Source: Plasmodiophora brassicae (taxonomy: Eukaryota). From it: 64,000 bases of DNA. Position 1 is the first letter of the stretch. Each line of letters opens with the position of its first letter. The notes beneath the pieces were generated by a model. It was not told the origin of the DNA. It saw nothing but the letters and a program-made list of their open reading frames with translations, and did no database searches. This document shows positions 1 through 13,173 of the stretch, piece by piece. The stretch is taken from NCBI GenBank assembly GCA_036867785.1, contig CP145414.1, positions 1 through 64,000 of the forward strand. The letters run 5' to 3'. The translations under genes were made by a program, and so were the position numbers.

Positions 1-390
1 CCTAAAACCCTAAACCCTAAAAAACCCTAAAACCCTAAAACCCTAAAACCCTAAACCCTAAAACCCTAAACCCTAAAACCCTAAAACCCTAAAACCCTAA
101 AACCCTAAAACCCTAAAACCCTAAAACCCTAAAACCCTAAAACCCTAAAACCCTAAAACCCTAAAACCCTAAAACCCTAAAACCCTAAAACCCTAAAACC
201 CTAAAACCCTAAAACCCTAAAACCCTAAAACCCTAAAACCCTAAAACCCTAAAACCCTAAAACCCTAAAACCCTAAAACCCTAAAACCCTAAAACCCTAA
301 AACCCTAAAAACCCTAAGCCTATAAAACCCTAAAAAAACCCTAAAAAACCCTAAAAAACCCTAAAAAAACCCTAAAAAACCCTAAAAACC
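1..390 (-). repeat. Telomeric repeat array (TTTTAGGG)n, read as CCCTAAAA on +
   Basis: Near-perfect CCCTAAAA tandem from base 1. The proximal ~90 bp has variants with longer A runs (CCCTAAAAA to CCCTAAAAAAA) and one CCCTAAGCCTATAAAA. Confidence 0.98.
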
Positions 391-2961
391 CTTTATTATT
401 GCAGCCCCCGTCTATCCGAATTCGATCCGACTCGAAGCAGATAGTGGCGAATTAAATCGCAACACGATTGACGTCGGTTTCCGGATGATCCGATCACTGG
501 TCTTCGCTCAGGAGCTCTTCGGACTTTTCGGACGCTTTATTATTGCAGCCCCCGTCTATCCGAATTCGATCCGACTCGAAGCAGATAGTGGCGACTGCAA
601 TCGCAGCACGATTGACGTCGGTTTCCGGATGATCCGACCACTGGTCTTCGCTCAGGAGCTCTTCGGACTTTTCGGACGCTTTATTATTGCAGCCCCCGTC
701 TATCCGAATTCGATCCGATTCGAAGCAGATAGTGGCGAATTAAATCACAACACGATTGACGTCGGTTTCCGGATGATCCGATCACTGGTCTTCGCTCAGG
801 AGCTCTTCGGACTTTTCGGACGCTTTATTATTGCAGCCCCCGTCTATCCGAATTCGATCCGACTCGAAGCAGATAGTGGCGAATTAAATCGCAACACGAT
901 TGACGTCGGTTTCCGGATGATCCGATCACTGGTCTTCGCTCAGGAGCTCTTCGGACTTTTCGGACGCTTTATTATTGCAGCCCCCGTCTATCCGAATTCG
1001 ATCCGACTCGAAGCAGATAGTGGCGACTGCAATCGCAGCACGATTGACGTCGGTTTCCGGATGATCCGACCACTGGTCTTCGCTCAGGAGCTCTTCGGAC
1101 TTTTCGGACGCTTTATTATTGCAGCCCCCGTCTATCCGAATTCGATCCGATTCGAAGCAGATAGTGGCGAATTAAATCACAACACGATTGACGTCGCGTT
1201 CCGGATGATCCGATCACTGGTCTTCGCTCAGGAGCTCTTCGGACTTTTCGGACGCTTTATTATTGCAGCCCCCGTCTATCCGAATTCGATCCGACTCGAA
1301 GCAGATAGTGGCGAATTAAATCGCAACACGATTGACGTCGGTTTCCGGATGATCCGATCACTGGTCTTCGCTCAGGAGCTCTTCGGACTTTTCGGACGCT
1401 TTATTATTGCAGCCCCCGTCTATCCGAATTCGATCCGACTCGAAGCAGATAGTGGCGACTGCAATCACAGCACGATTGACGTCGGTTTCCGGATGATCCG
1501 ATCACTGGTCTTCGCTCAGGAGCTCTTCGGACTTTTCGGACGCTTTATTATTGCAGCCCCCGTCTATCCGAATTCGATCCGATTCGAAGCAGATAGTGGC
1601 GAATTAAATCACAACACGATTGACGTCGGTTTCCGGATGATCCGATCACTGGTCTTCGCTCAGGAGCTCTTCGGACTTTTCGGACGCTTTATTATTGCAG
1701 CCCCCGTCTATCCGAATTCGATCCGACTCGAAGCAGATAGTGGCGAATTAAATCGCAACACGATTGACGTCGGTTTCCGGATGATCCGATCACTGGTCTT
1801 CGCTCAGGAGCTCTTCGGACTTTTCGGACGCTTTATTATTGCAGCCCCCGTCTATCCGAATTCGATCCGACTCGAAGCAGATAGTGGCGACTGCAATCAC
1901 AGCACGATTGACGTCGGTTTCCGGATGATCCGACCACTGGTCTTCGCTCAGGAGCTCTTCGGACTTTTCGGACGCTTTATTATTGCAGCCCCCGTCTATC
2001 CGAATTCGATCCGATTCGAAGCAGATAGTGGCGAATTAAATCACAACACGATTGACGTCGGTTTCCGGATGATCCGATCACTGGTCTTCGCTCAGGAGCT
2101 CTTCGGACTTTTCGGACGCTTTATTATTGCAGCCCCCGTCTATCCGAATTCGATCCGACTCGAAGCAGATAGTGGCGAATTAAATCGCAACACGATTGAC
2201 GTCGGTTTCCGGATGATCCGATCACTGGTCTTCGCTCAGGAGCTCTTCGGACTTTTCGGACGCTTTATTATTGCATCCCCCGTCTATCCGAATTCGATCC
2301 GATTCGAAGCAGATAGTGGCGAATTAAATCACAACACGATTGACGTCGGTTTCCGGATGATCCGATCACTGGTCTTCGCTCAGGAGCTCTTCGGACTTTT
2401 CGGACGCTTTATTATTGCAGCCCCCGTCTATCCGAATTCGATCCGACTCGAAGCAGATAGTGGCGAATTAAATCGCAACACGATTGACGTCGGTTTCCGG
2501 ATGATCCGATCACTGGTCTTCGCTCAGGAGCTCTTCGGACTTTTCGGACGCTTTATTATTGCAGCCCCCGTCTATCCGAATTCGATCCGATTCGAAGCAG
2601 ATAGTCGCGAATTAAATCACAACACGATTGACGTCGGTTTCCGGATGATCCGATCACTGGTCTTCGCTCAGGAGCTCTTCGGACTTTTCGGACGCTTTAT
2701 TATTGCAGCCCCCGTCTATCTGATTTCGATCCGATTCGAAGCAGATAGTGACGAATTATATCACAACACGATTGACGTCGGTTTCCGGATGATCCGATCA
2801 CTGGTCTTCGCTCAGGAGCTCTTCGGACTTTTCGGACGCTTTATTATTGCAGCCCCCGTCTATCCGAATTCGATCCGACTCGAAGCAGATAGTGGCGACT
2901 GCAATCACAGCACGATTGACGTCGGTTTCCGGATGATCCGACCACTGGGGGTCGCTCAGGA
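391..2961. repeat. Subtelomeric satellite, 144-bp unit x ~17.8 copies
   Basis: CTTTATTATTGCA recurs every 144 bp (391, 535, 679 ... 2839). The last unit degenerates after ~2948. Confidence 0.97.
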
Positions 2962-2964
2962 CTG

Positions 2965-3570
2965 CCGCGCCTGCACCGATTGCAGCGAACGCTGACGCTC
3001 GGTGCCGGCTGAGGCGAGGATGACCAGCACGCTCGGGGCACGCGCGTATCGACCTCATCGGCTTGTATTGGACAGTTCTGGGTGAGGCGACGTGCCGGCG
3101 GCGACTTGTCGATAGTAGGCAGGCGTTCGCATATCGATCGCCGGCAACTGGTGCTGGCGGGCGCTGTCGTGCTGGACGACCTGCGGGACGGGCAGGTGAC
3201 TCTCGACAGGCCGACGGTGACTTCGGCGTGAAGGGCGGCGTTGGCGACCGGCAGCGTCGTCGGATCGTCGGTCGCGCGGGCGACGCCCACCGTGGAGTCG
3301 GCGCCTTCTTCACGTTGGGATGACTCCACGTCTATGGCGTATACCGCCCTCCAACGGGCATGCGCATCGCGACCTCGTGTAGGAGGCGCCGGAGGACGGC
3401 GCACGCTCCATGGTGTATAGCGCATCCGCCCAGGCTACCTACCGCACGCCGCGCCGCCACACGCCACCCGACCGCGTGCAAAATATCAACGGGGCTATTT
3501 TGGGAAGCGATCAAGCGTTTTTTGCGTAACCAAGACCAGGGATACACCTGTCATATCACCCTTTACCATA
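2965..3570 (-). repeat. Copy of dispersed subtelomeric repeat family, internally deleted relative to 14590-15753
   Basis: 2965-3233 aligns by eye to ~14690-14933 and 3235-3570 to ~15424-15753, e.g. shared GTATACCGCCCTCCAACGGGCATGCGCATCGCGACCTCGTGTAGGAGGCG. Confidence 0.85.
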
Positions 3571-4699
3571 TCTTCACACTTGAGGCCAGGTAACAAAACG
3601 AGAACAACGAGCACTAGATTCAGTAAACAGGGACCGGGCTGCGCGTCCTGCCAAAGTGCATCGTCGCCGTCGTTTGGTGACAAAGGGCTTCATGCTGGAC
3701 GGGAGACGTCATACGACAGCAGGTGGACCCTGTCCAGCACTCTCAGGACATCCAAACTGTTGATACGAGGTGCCAGGATATAAACAAATAACGTTGTTAG
3801 ACGTGGTCTCCACACGAGACTCCACACAACATGCAGCAGCGACACATATCGGGGTTCCCCTACACACCCTTCGTTGACGCTCCTGGAGGGCAACTTGCTG
3901 GCCGAACGGCGTCATCAGCCTGCTCCTAAACGATTCGGGCACATGTTCAGGGACGAGGGTCTTGGTACCTGGGCGGCTGGTGCACTCGTCGCTTGGAAAA
4001 ACGTTGTTCTTCAGCGTAACCGATGCACACGACAACGATGATAGTGGCTGGGCAAGCCGTGCGTCACGCGCCGGTGTGTACAGGTAGTCTGATTCACCGG
4101 CGTTCGGCCAAGTACCAGCCCTGGACACTCCTGAGTCTGCTTCGGCACCTGATGACATGTATTGATTGTGATGACGGGCAGAGGACGTCAGCGACCGACT
4201 TACAGCGTTGCGCAGATGATAGGTACCTTCAGCTGCAGGAGCACCGCTCCACTTTGGCGTAATCGCACGTCCGCGTGCTCATGCCCGGTGTACAGCTGGA
4301 TCTCGTACAGATCAGTTTCATGTCGCCTGACTGCTGCAGCAGAAAGAGATCCAACCTGCCGAATCACACGTTCTAGCCGATGCTGCACATTTCGTCATCA
4401 TCCGAATTGAATATTGTCTGGTGACGCGTTCACCCGCGTCCACACCCGTCCGCACCCGCCTTGCATGGACGTTGCTGCCCGCCAGTACTGTCTGTCATTC
4501 GGTGACGATCGGCTGTGGGTGCCTTCGACCGGCAACGGGCGCCTCTCCCTGCACCGGTTTCATCCACTTCTGACGACCGGTGCCGGCTGACGCCAGGACG
4601 ACCTGCAGGTTCGGGGCTCGCCCGTATGCAGGACAGGCAAGAGACGCTCACCATGCCGACGGGGACCTCAGGAACCTGGCTCTATGTACGTACTGCCAC

Positions 4700-4880
4700 A
4701 CCGATGACGGTACCAGCCTACGGTCGACGGTAAATGGAGCAGGAAGTATAACTGAGCCTCCTGTGGAGTGTTCAACTGTGACTCGTCTGGTGCTCGCATG
4801 CACCCGTTCCTGTGGTACATGCCCTTGCAGGTTTGCTGCTTGCAGATCATGCACTGGGAAATTGCAGGCGTGTTCTGAGC
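4700..4880 (-). mobile_element. Degenerate Helitron Rep-like fragment
   Basis: Minus-strand TRLQF/HDLQAANLQG...TGGSVILPAPFTVDRR resembles the Helitron_like_N pattern RL.F.R..Q..LRA..Y.G...G..VILPSSF.G.PR. Frameshifted. Confidence 0.45.
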
Positions 4881-5753
4881 CGGGACAATTTCTCAGCAGC
4901 GCGTGGTTTAATTAATCGGTTCACGCAGACCTGCACATTCTCGGTTCCCAAGGTACATTTCACATGTCCGCCTTCTTCTGATACAGGCTGCTCCGATCCT
5001 ACCTTACTCCTCACGTCTGATGAAATAGGTATCGCTCGTCGGGTTGTCTCGTGTACACCATTTTCGTGGTTGATGTACGCTGGAGATAATCTAGTATCAG
5101 ATGCTCTTTCTGCAAGATTCCACCCCATATACACAAAGCCATGTCGCCGATTCCGTCAACGACGTCGCGCCCTACGAACGCCGTACTCTGCTATAACCTG
5201 ACTAATCCGTAAATGTCGACGAGATTCTTGACGACGACGTTGAGCCCGCGCCGGTCCACGGCCAAACTGGAGCGAAACCTTGTCGACGATTTCGATGTGT
5301 CCGTCGATGTCGTCCTCGGGTAATATCACAGTGACATCCGTTCCGCCATTGTCCATGAACGTCAATTCCGCGACAGCGTCGACCTCGGTCCTGCTTAGAT
5401 AAGGTTGCCCCAAACGGCAGCGTCAGCAGCAAGTTCAAATCTCGGATCAACAAGCATCGTGTACCCGCGCCACTGATATCCGTCACCGTATACTCTGTGG
5501 CTAAGTGCAGGTCAATGTACCGAACAGGTTCTGGACTCCGGGCCTTCGGTTTGGTCCTATCAGCAGGGGGGGACACTGAACAGCTCCCAGCTTGCAGATC
5601 GCATGAACGCAAACGAAACCACATCGCAGCTACTCTGACCATTATAAACTGCCGCGTGATGGAGGCTGACGATGTATACCAAGCTCCGTTGTCGCCCTGC
5701 TGCGTGCCCTGAACACATAGAGCTGGATCTTCTCTAGGTGAACCGTGCTGGGT

Positions 5754-8700
5754 TTATTTCTTGGGTTCCCCGTGGAGGTAGTAGACCCAGGTCGGTACAG
5801 TGGCCTGGTCGGCGCCGCCCGTGCATGTAACAACCAGCTTGCCGTTCGTGGGCTGGGCCCCCTGGAACCCGACCTGTATGCTGACCTCCTTCTTCGTATC
5901 GATCGTTTCGCCCTTCTTCCCGATCGTGAACGCCGGATTGTCCACCGTGTAGACGAACTCGCTGCGCTGGCCAAACAAGTTCCTGAACCGGACGGCCTGC
6001 GAGGTCCCCGCTGTGATGCTGATGGGGCCCTCCGGTCGTGGCACCGAGCAGTGCCCGTGCAGAGCGCATCGGTACTCGCCGGCATCCGTCGACGTCACCT
6101 TCAGCTCATCGCGGACGTCGTTCAGGCCGGACGGGTCGAACAGGACCGTCACCTGGCACTCGACACCGGTGTCGCCGTTCGCGTCTGCGCCGGCGCACGT
6201 GACCTTCTTGTCCCCGACCACCTCCAGGTCACGACAGTCAGGCACCCATATCGAAACCTAGGCGGTTACCAACCTGGAACGCTTGACCACCGACGAACGA
6301 ACACTCGTAAGTGGTCGGCTTCTTCGACCACGACAGGAACCGGAAGCGCTGCGTGCAGGTCGCCCCGAGGTACGCGTCGAACCTCAGCGACGCATCGACG
6401 GCGGCAGCGTACGCCTGCAACTCGAGCTCGTACGGGAAGTCGCCCAGCTCGGCGGACGATAGCGTCAGGCGGACGCGCTGTGGCAGCCACGACCAACGGC
6501 CGGTACGCGATCGAGACGAGCGTCTCCCGTCGCGCCGTCAGCTGTACGGGCAGACCGCGAACGTCGACATCGGGCGACTCGCACGAGAACGACGTCAGCG
6601 TGCAATCGCGACCCAGCCTGTTGTCCAGCGGCACGGTCGTCAGCGCGCGCTGACGCACCGGCGACTGCAGGGCGATGCGATCGATGATGCCGGCGTCGGT
6701 GACGACGATCGTCAGACGGTGCACGAGGTATTCGCCTGTGGGGCCCACGCGCGTCACATGATCGTTCAACGGACCGCGCACGCATCGTGTGTGCCGCCCA
6801 CCGTTGTCATCGTTGACGAACTTGACAAGGGCGACCGTCGTGCCGGGACGGTACGCGTAGATCTGGAGGCGCACGTCGCGCGACACGCCCCCGGGGACGC
6901 CGACCGAGTCGCCGGCCGTGATCGACACGGTATCGTCGGGCGGCGACTCGCGCTGGATGTCGATGCGGAACCGCTGCGGGTCGTGCAGCCAGTTGCGGAC
7001 GGGCAACGTGTGGGTCGACGCGCACTTGGCCCGCACCTGGCACGCACCGTCCGATTCCAGCGCCGGCGCCTGCGTCCGACCCTGCAGCCGGTAGGACAGG
7101 GCCGACCCGGTGGGCAGCGCCATGAAGAGCGTCCCTCGGTGCAGGTTGGTGGCCGTGGTCAGCGGCGCGTACACGACGGCCAGGTTGCAGGTGGCACCGG
7201 CGGGCACCTCCAGGTCGGGGGCGGACCACGCCCCGTCGCTGATCACCGGGTGCAGCTGCCACACCGACGTCGACGTGTTCGTGATCGGCACCTGCACGGT
7301 CTGCGACCCACGTACGGCGGCGTCGAACGCCAGGTCGACGGAGGCGTCTGCGGGCGCCTCGACCGACGACCCGGTGACCTGCACCTGCACCGCACCCGCA
7401 TCGTTGTCGTCCGGGACGCACCGCAGCGTCTGTCGCAGGTCCAGGCCCGGTACGTCCGGCGCGAACGTGACATCGATCAGCGCATGGTCGTGCGGGGCGA
7501 TCACGCCGGTCGCGGGCTCCAGTGCCCACCTGAACAACAACAACGTATCGTCAGCCACCAGGCCGGCGGCACACGATCGCCCGCGACAACGTACGCCTGA
7601 GGGAGCCGCGCCACGTCCCATTGGAACCTCCTGGGCACGTCGCCGATGTTGTCGAGCTTGACGCGCTTCGTGAGCGTGGACCCGGCGATGACGGCGCCGA
7701 ACGGGACCAGGGTCTGCTCGAGCAGCAGGCCGACGCCATGGCAGGCGCCAGTCAGGCGCAGCAGGTGTTGTCGCAAGCCCGACGCGTCCAGCTCGACGGC
7801 GACGTCGACGGTGAACGGCAGCAGGCGCTGCGTCGGGCGGAACGCGACCGTGAACTCGGCCCGTCCCGAGGGCGAATCGTGGCCGTCGCCGGTGAACTCG
7901 GCCCGTCCCGAGGGCGAATCGTGGCCGTCGCCGGTGAACTCGGCCCGTCCCGAGGGCGAATCGTGGCCGTCGTCGCCGGCGCCGGCGCATTCAGGCCGAC
8001 GAGAACGGTCAGCGACGAGTGCGGCTGAATGTGGCCCGCGTTCGGCTCCACCGTGACCATGTCCTGGGCGGCCCATTCGAATTGGTACGTGCGTCCCGGC
8101 TCGTTCTGCAATTGCACCGGGCGCTGCACGGTGATGCCATGTCGACGTCGCCAAAGTCGATGACGTCGTGGTCGGGGGTGACGTCCTCCTCGTAGACCTG
8201 CGCCGACAGGGCCAGGTGCGTCACCTCGAACACGTTGCGCAGGACGCCCATCCGCAGGCGACCGTTTCGTAGGCCGACGCGCTCGGGTGCAACAGTGAAC
8301 CCGGCCTGGAAGTCGTGCTGGGCGCTCGGCGCAATCGTGACCAGCGATCCGAGGCCCGAGAACGAGAACTCGCCGGCGCCCTCGTCCAGGTCGAAACGGA
8401 CCGTGGCCGGTACGATCCCGTCGTTACACAACCTCACCGGGCGCGTCAGCGTCCCGCGACGAATGCGCCCAAAGTCGACCTGGCCAGGCGACCGTTCAGT
8501 ACTCGTGCAAGGCGTTGCGCTCAGGTGCGTTGCGCACCTTGACGGCCCCAGTAGGAACGGGCGCGATGGTGGGCACCCGCGGCAGGGTACCCTCGCCCTG
8601 CATCTCGAATTGCAGAACGCAGGACGGGTTGCGATAGACGGTGGCACTGAACGTGGCCTGATAGGTGCGGATAGCGCTCGGCGCGAACGTGACCATCACG

Positions 8701-8810
8701 TAGCGGTGCTCGTGCGACGGGAGGTGCAGGTGCGTCGGCTGCAGGTCGAACGCGTTGTCCGCGTTGCCCGTCAGCGACAGGTTCACGTCGCAAGGGATCA
8801 GACGTTGGTG
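5754..8810 (-). pseudogene. HYDIN: HYDIN (flagellar central-pair protein) C-terminal fragment; 5'-truncated, internally deleted, frameshifted, introns retained
   Basis: Peptides GEGTLPRV, NWLHDPQRF, GTLFMALPTG, GEYRCALHGHCSVPRPEGP, VDNPAFTI and terminal WVYYLHG match the HYDIN C-terminal ASH/Ig-like repeats as recalled. Frame changes near 8135, 7870-7950 and 6480. Confidence 0.88.
7850..7973. repeat. 42-bp tandem triplication inside the HYDIN fragment
   Basis: GTGAACTCGGCCCGTCCCGAGGGCGAATCGTGGCCGTCG starts at 7850, 7892 and 7934. Confidence 0.95.
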
Positions 8811-11800
8811 CACCTCGAGCAGCGGCATCACCAGAAGCAGCGGCAGCAGCACCATTGCCAGCGGAACACCAGCGAGGCGGGAGCGCAGAATTAGGAGTTG
8901 CACCCTCGTTCCTACCCGCAACGTTATGGATGTCAGGACCGTTGGAAAACAACAAGTTGATTGGAGCACCTCACGGGAGAGCAGCGTCATGAGCCGACCG
9001 CGTCCATCAACAACGATGCAGTAACCGGCGTCATGGCTGACAGTCAGCAGATCAGAGCCACCCGCCACCCGCCACCCGCCACCCCCCCCCCCCCCCCCCC
9101 CCCCCATCGCAGGACGACGGCCCGAGAATCGACCGCCTTTTGCGAACCTCATGCCGATGAGCATCGTCCGCGCGCGATCGCTATCACGACCAGCGCCAAC
9201 AAACGATCGCCCAGCCCCGCGTCCGTCGTGCTCACCGATGACGGGACGTCGTGCGCAGTGCGCGTACGACCCCCTTTCTGTGCGACGATGACGTCGCCAA
9301 CCGACTCCGCGTACGACGATGAAGGCATTCACGCGCGACAGACCCGCAGGGCTGAACGGACGCTAGAAGCGGGTACACCAGCGGACACAGAGACCTACTA
9401 CCCGCAGACCCGGGTACGGCCCGGTACACCTGGTCGCCTCACATGCCGCTTTGACGACAATCCAGAGTGCATGGGCCACGATGTTGACGCTGTCATGTCC
9501 GACTGTCCAAGCAGTTCTGCATCGCGTTCGCACTCCTATTGCTGTGATCCGCCGACACGCCTGCAGCCGGTCCTGTATGTCGAGCTGACGCGATTTGACG
9601 CACGCGCAATGCCACACGCGATTCGTGAGTGACGACACCCTGCTGCCCAGCCTGGTACATTGCAACCTATCACGCGTCGTTTACTCTAACCGGTCGTGCG
9701 TACAGGTTTGCATGACGACCTGCCTGCGACAAGATCATGCAAGTCATGCTGGTCGGCATTCACGTCAGCGTCCGTTGCAAGGCGAGGGTCCTGTCTAAGA
9801 CGTTGTCCTGTCTGGGGTCCCCCGCGGTGAGTATGACCGCAAAGCAGAGATACGATCATGGGTACGATTTGCTCGCCGTCATTTCGCTTGATACGACCCT
9901 CATGATTAATGCATTCCCGCAGGTGAACCGGTAGCCTGGAGAGTGTTCGTGTATCGGATACTGGTCGATCTCGTCCACGTGTCCGCCACTCTGCTGGCGT
10001 TGTTGGCTCGCCGACCAGAGCCATCGACCGGTCAAACTGGCCTGTTGCGTGCCGCACCTGGACCTGCGTCTTCATCTATCGATCCGTCCTGCGCTAGCCA
10101 GGCACGCTGCATTCGCTGATCGGAACGCGCACGTCCGTCTGGCGCCACGGCTCTGACGCTGGTCGATGTCCTCGGCGTCGCTTGGAGAGTCACATCATAT
10201 TAACGTTGTCACCATAGATCGAACATCATCCATCGCGCCGCTGGCAGTGACCATTCGCCCCGTCCTGTTCTCAACTTCCGTTTGTCGGCTCAATAATGAT
10301 GTTTCAGCTGTATTCACATCAGTACATTTAGAAGTCGCTAAAGGCAGATGTCAATACATGCTGATCACATACACACACGCAGAAACACTACATGCATCTC
10401 GTAACATCGACGGTGCCGATGGGCAGCATCATTATAGTCATGCGGTTTACGACCCCCTTCGACAGTGCCATACTGAGCATCATCCGAGGCGTCGTTGCTT
10501 GAACCGACGGTCGAGCTCGTTGTTAACATCAACACCAGTGGCAAGGGCCACCGTGGCCAGGCCAGACAGTTCGAACGTTCCGGCCATTGTTCGCGGATGA
10601 TGCACCAGCTACAATCCGTGTTTATTCGCAGTTTGGGTGGAACTCTCTCAGTAATAATAGTATAGCATCTCCAGCGCCCTTTGCCATGGCCCGCCACAGA
10701 ATGTGAACTAAGCGAGCGGTTATGCATGCTACCGGTTCGTCTGCGACAAGCTAAGGGATCAGAGGCGCGTGCCAACTGCGATCGTCGCCGTGAGTCAGGC
10801 GCTGCTCGACGGCTGCCATTTCGTCCTCACGATGAACGGTCAGGCGTCGTTCGCAATCGAGACTCTGCTCGCACGCTGTGTCAAACCGGATGACCAGCGT
10901 GTTTTCGACCAATGGATTATCGGTCGATCGGACTCGTCGTCAAGCTCGGCAAACGCTGGCCTGGTCTCCACTAGGTAAGGTCGACGTGCCACCTCTATGA
11001 CATCGGCACCATCTTGTACGCCCTCGACACGTAGTTGGCGCAGCTGATGCCAAACGCTTGCAAGGACGGCCCCGAAGCGGCATGAAAGGTGTTGATGATG
11101 CTGAGGCCTAGTACAAGGCGGCAGAGACAAAGATTACACAGCCTTTTAAGGTCGAGAAGAGCAGACTGAGCATGCCTAAGCGGTCCCCGGTCGCTTTCTT
11201 GAAGAATGGCGCCGTACGAAAGCGGCGCCTGTCGGAACGTCATAGCGAACGCGAATCGGCAATCGACAATGACGGACAGGAGACTGCCGGTTCAGGGCGT
11301 GCACCGTTTGCGCTTGGATCGCGAATATGAACTGACGATACGAAGGAACGGCAAACGGTAACGCGATGGCAGGCGCGTGAGTGTCGACGACAGATGACAA
11401 CCGACGAGTCGATATATTTCCTGTTTGTCCACGACTTCCACCCTACCGTGATCGACAATCATACGCTTCCCACATGCCAAAAGCATGATGACCAAGATCA
11501 CAATCTAAGGGGCGGGTTCTCGTATTCGATGTCTTCTCGTATTCGATGTCATCTTCGATAACGCCTTCTCGATGCGCTGCAGGACGCGTCGAAAAGACGA
11601 TCGTCGATTTCGAAGGTCGCCCGGCAGACAGCGTCCAGCACCACGTCCTTGATTTCGATGGCGCCACATCTACTCCATTGATGATCGGGTCTTATTCGCA
11701 AGGCGTCGATATCTGACCCAATCACTTCGCTGATTTATAAACATTCCGCCCACGTTAGCTATCCGAGATATTGACCATTCAAACGTGAAGATATCCACCG

Positions 11801-13173
11801 GGTGGATGTCGCAATTGCTGGACGGACGGTGGATCAATGACGACACGGCGCAGCAGAGGACACGGACGACAATCCAGTCGCCGATGTTCGCTCTGAGCCA
11901 GTACGAACGCTTTAACTGGGCACCAGTGAAAAGGCACCTCGTGAGTTGGCTTGATGACATTCGTGGGGGCGCTGTGGGACTACAGCCAATGTATCGTCAG
12001 TCGCAACAATTCGACGCTTAGGCAGATCCACACCTGAAACATGCGACCGATTGTCGACAAGCTTGGCAGATTTCGTTACAGCCTCAGTTCACTGAAGCCA
12101 TGCCAACCCGACGACCCTGGCGACTCGCGTTAACATCGATGACGATGTCAGAAGTCCCGCAATTTGGACGTTGACGCACCCGGGTATGAACCAGAGGTCG
12201 ACGACATGCATGACCAGTGCGACACGAACCGCGCGACCAGCACCACAAAGCACGGTACCCAGGACCTGGAGCATCGCGACGACGACCCTTCGTTTGGCGC
12301 GCGCGGCGACAACGAGAGCGATCTGCAGGGAGGTCCCAGCGCTACCTGAGAAGGCGAACGAATCGGCGCAAACGCGACACATTCTAAGCCAAGATGACCG
12401 TCAACGTGAACGTTGAGCACACTTGGACACGGCGTCGTACCTGACGACGGTGATCCCCCAGGCCATAATTTCCTGACATATCGCAGTCCCAGGAGCAGGT
12501 TTCATGACCGAGGAAGCCTTCAGTGAGCAGGAATGATCGATGTCGCTCAGCATGATGCAGGTACATGCACAGCAGCTCGACCGAGCCGCCGGTCCACAAC
12601 GAGCACGAAGGCGGGGGGCGACCAGTGCTCGCTACGACCGTCGCCGAGCGCCATCCGCAAAAAAGCGACAGCCGGTAAGCAATAAATTGCCGAAATTCTC
12701 AGGGTAATGGCCGTCCATTCTGCGACCAGCGTAGGGTAGAGCGACGCCACCGTGGCCGAACTCCGTGTGAAGACCGAGAAGCCATCTGTCGCGTCCCATT
12801 CGGCCAATGTAGCAAGCGGCCACCAGAGCTTCTCTACTGCACGGAAGCAATGTTTCCGACACATAACACGTTACGTATTCTTCATTAAGCACAGCCGCAC
12901 AGGTCAACTGCCTGTACCGCCTTGGGAGATCTGCTCGTGGCGCCGAATATGACTTGACGCGGGGGACGTCTCAATTTGTTGCCATGCCAATTTGGCCCGG
13001 CTGGCCAGCCTGGGCCGGGAACACGACCCGCCGATACCACATGCAAGCTGGCAAACGGTCGGCTGGCGGCCAGCAGCAGCACATGCCTCGCCGCGAAGCG
13101 CTATATTTGGAGCCCCCTGCGCTCTACCCTTTGCCCTACGGATTTGGTTCCTGCTTGTTTTAATTGACCATAG

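Noticed and set aside
391-2961. CRISPR-like array
   Set aside because: Units are near-identical throughout, with no unique spacers and no cas genes; eukaryotic context.
485-2995. 836-aa ORF of 48-aa repeats
   Set aside because: It follows from a 144-bp (3n) satellite with one stop-free frame. No promoter space next to the telomere and no recognisable domain.
11517-11550. 17-bp tandem duplication TTCTCGTATTCGATGTC
   Set aside because: Isolated slippage event with no further structure.
11785-11850. SQLLDGRWINDD resembling the Ulp1 (C48) WLND motif
   Set aside because: Too short, and no His/Asp/Cys catalytic motifs were found downstream.
8860-13170. Many short ORFs, possibly decayed exons
   Set aside because: No recognisable domain or consistent splice model; left unannotated.
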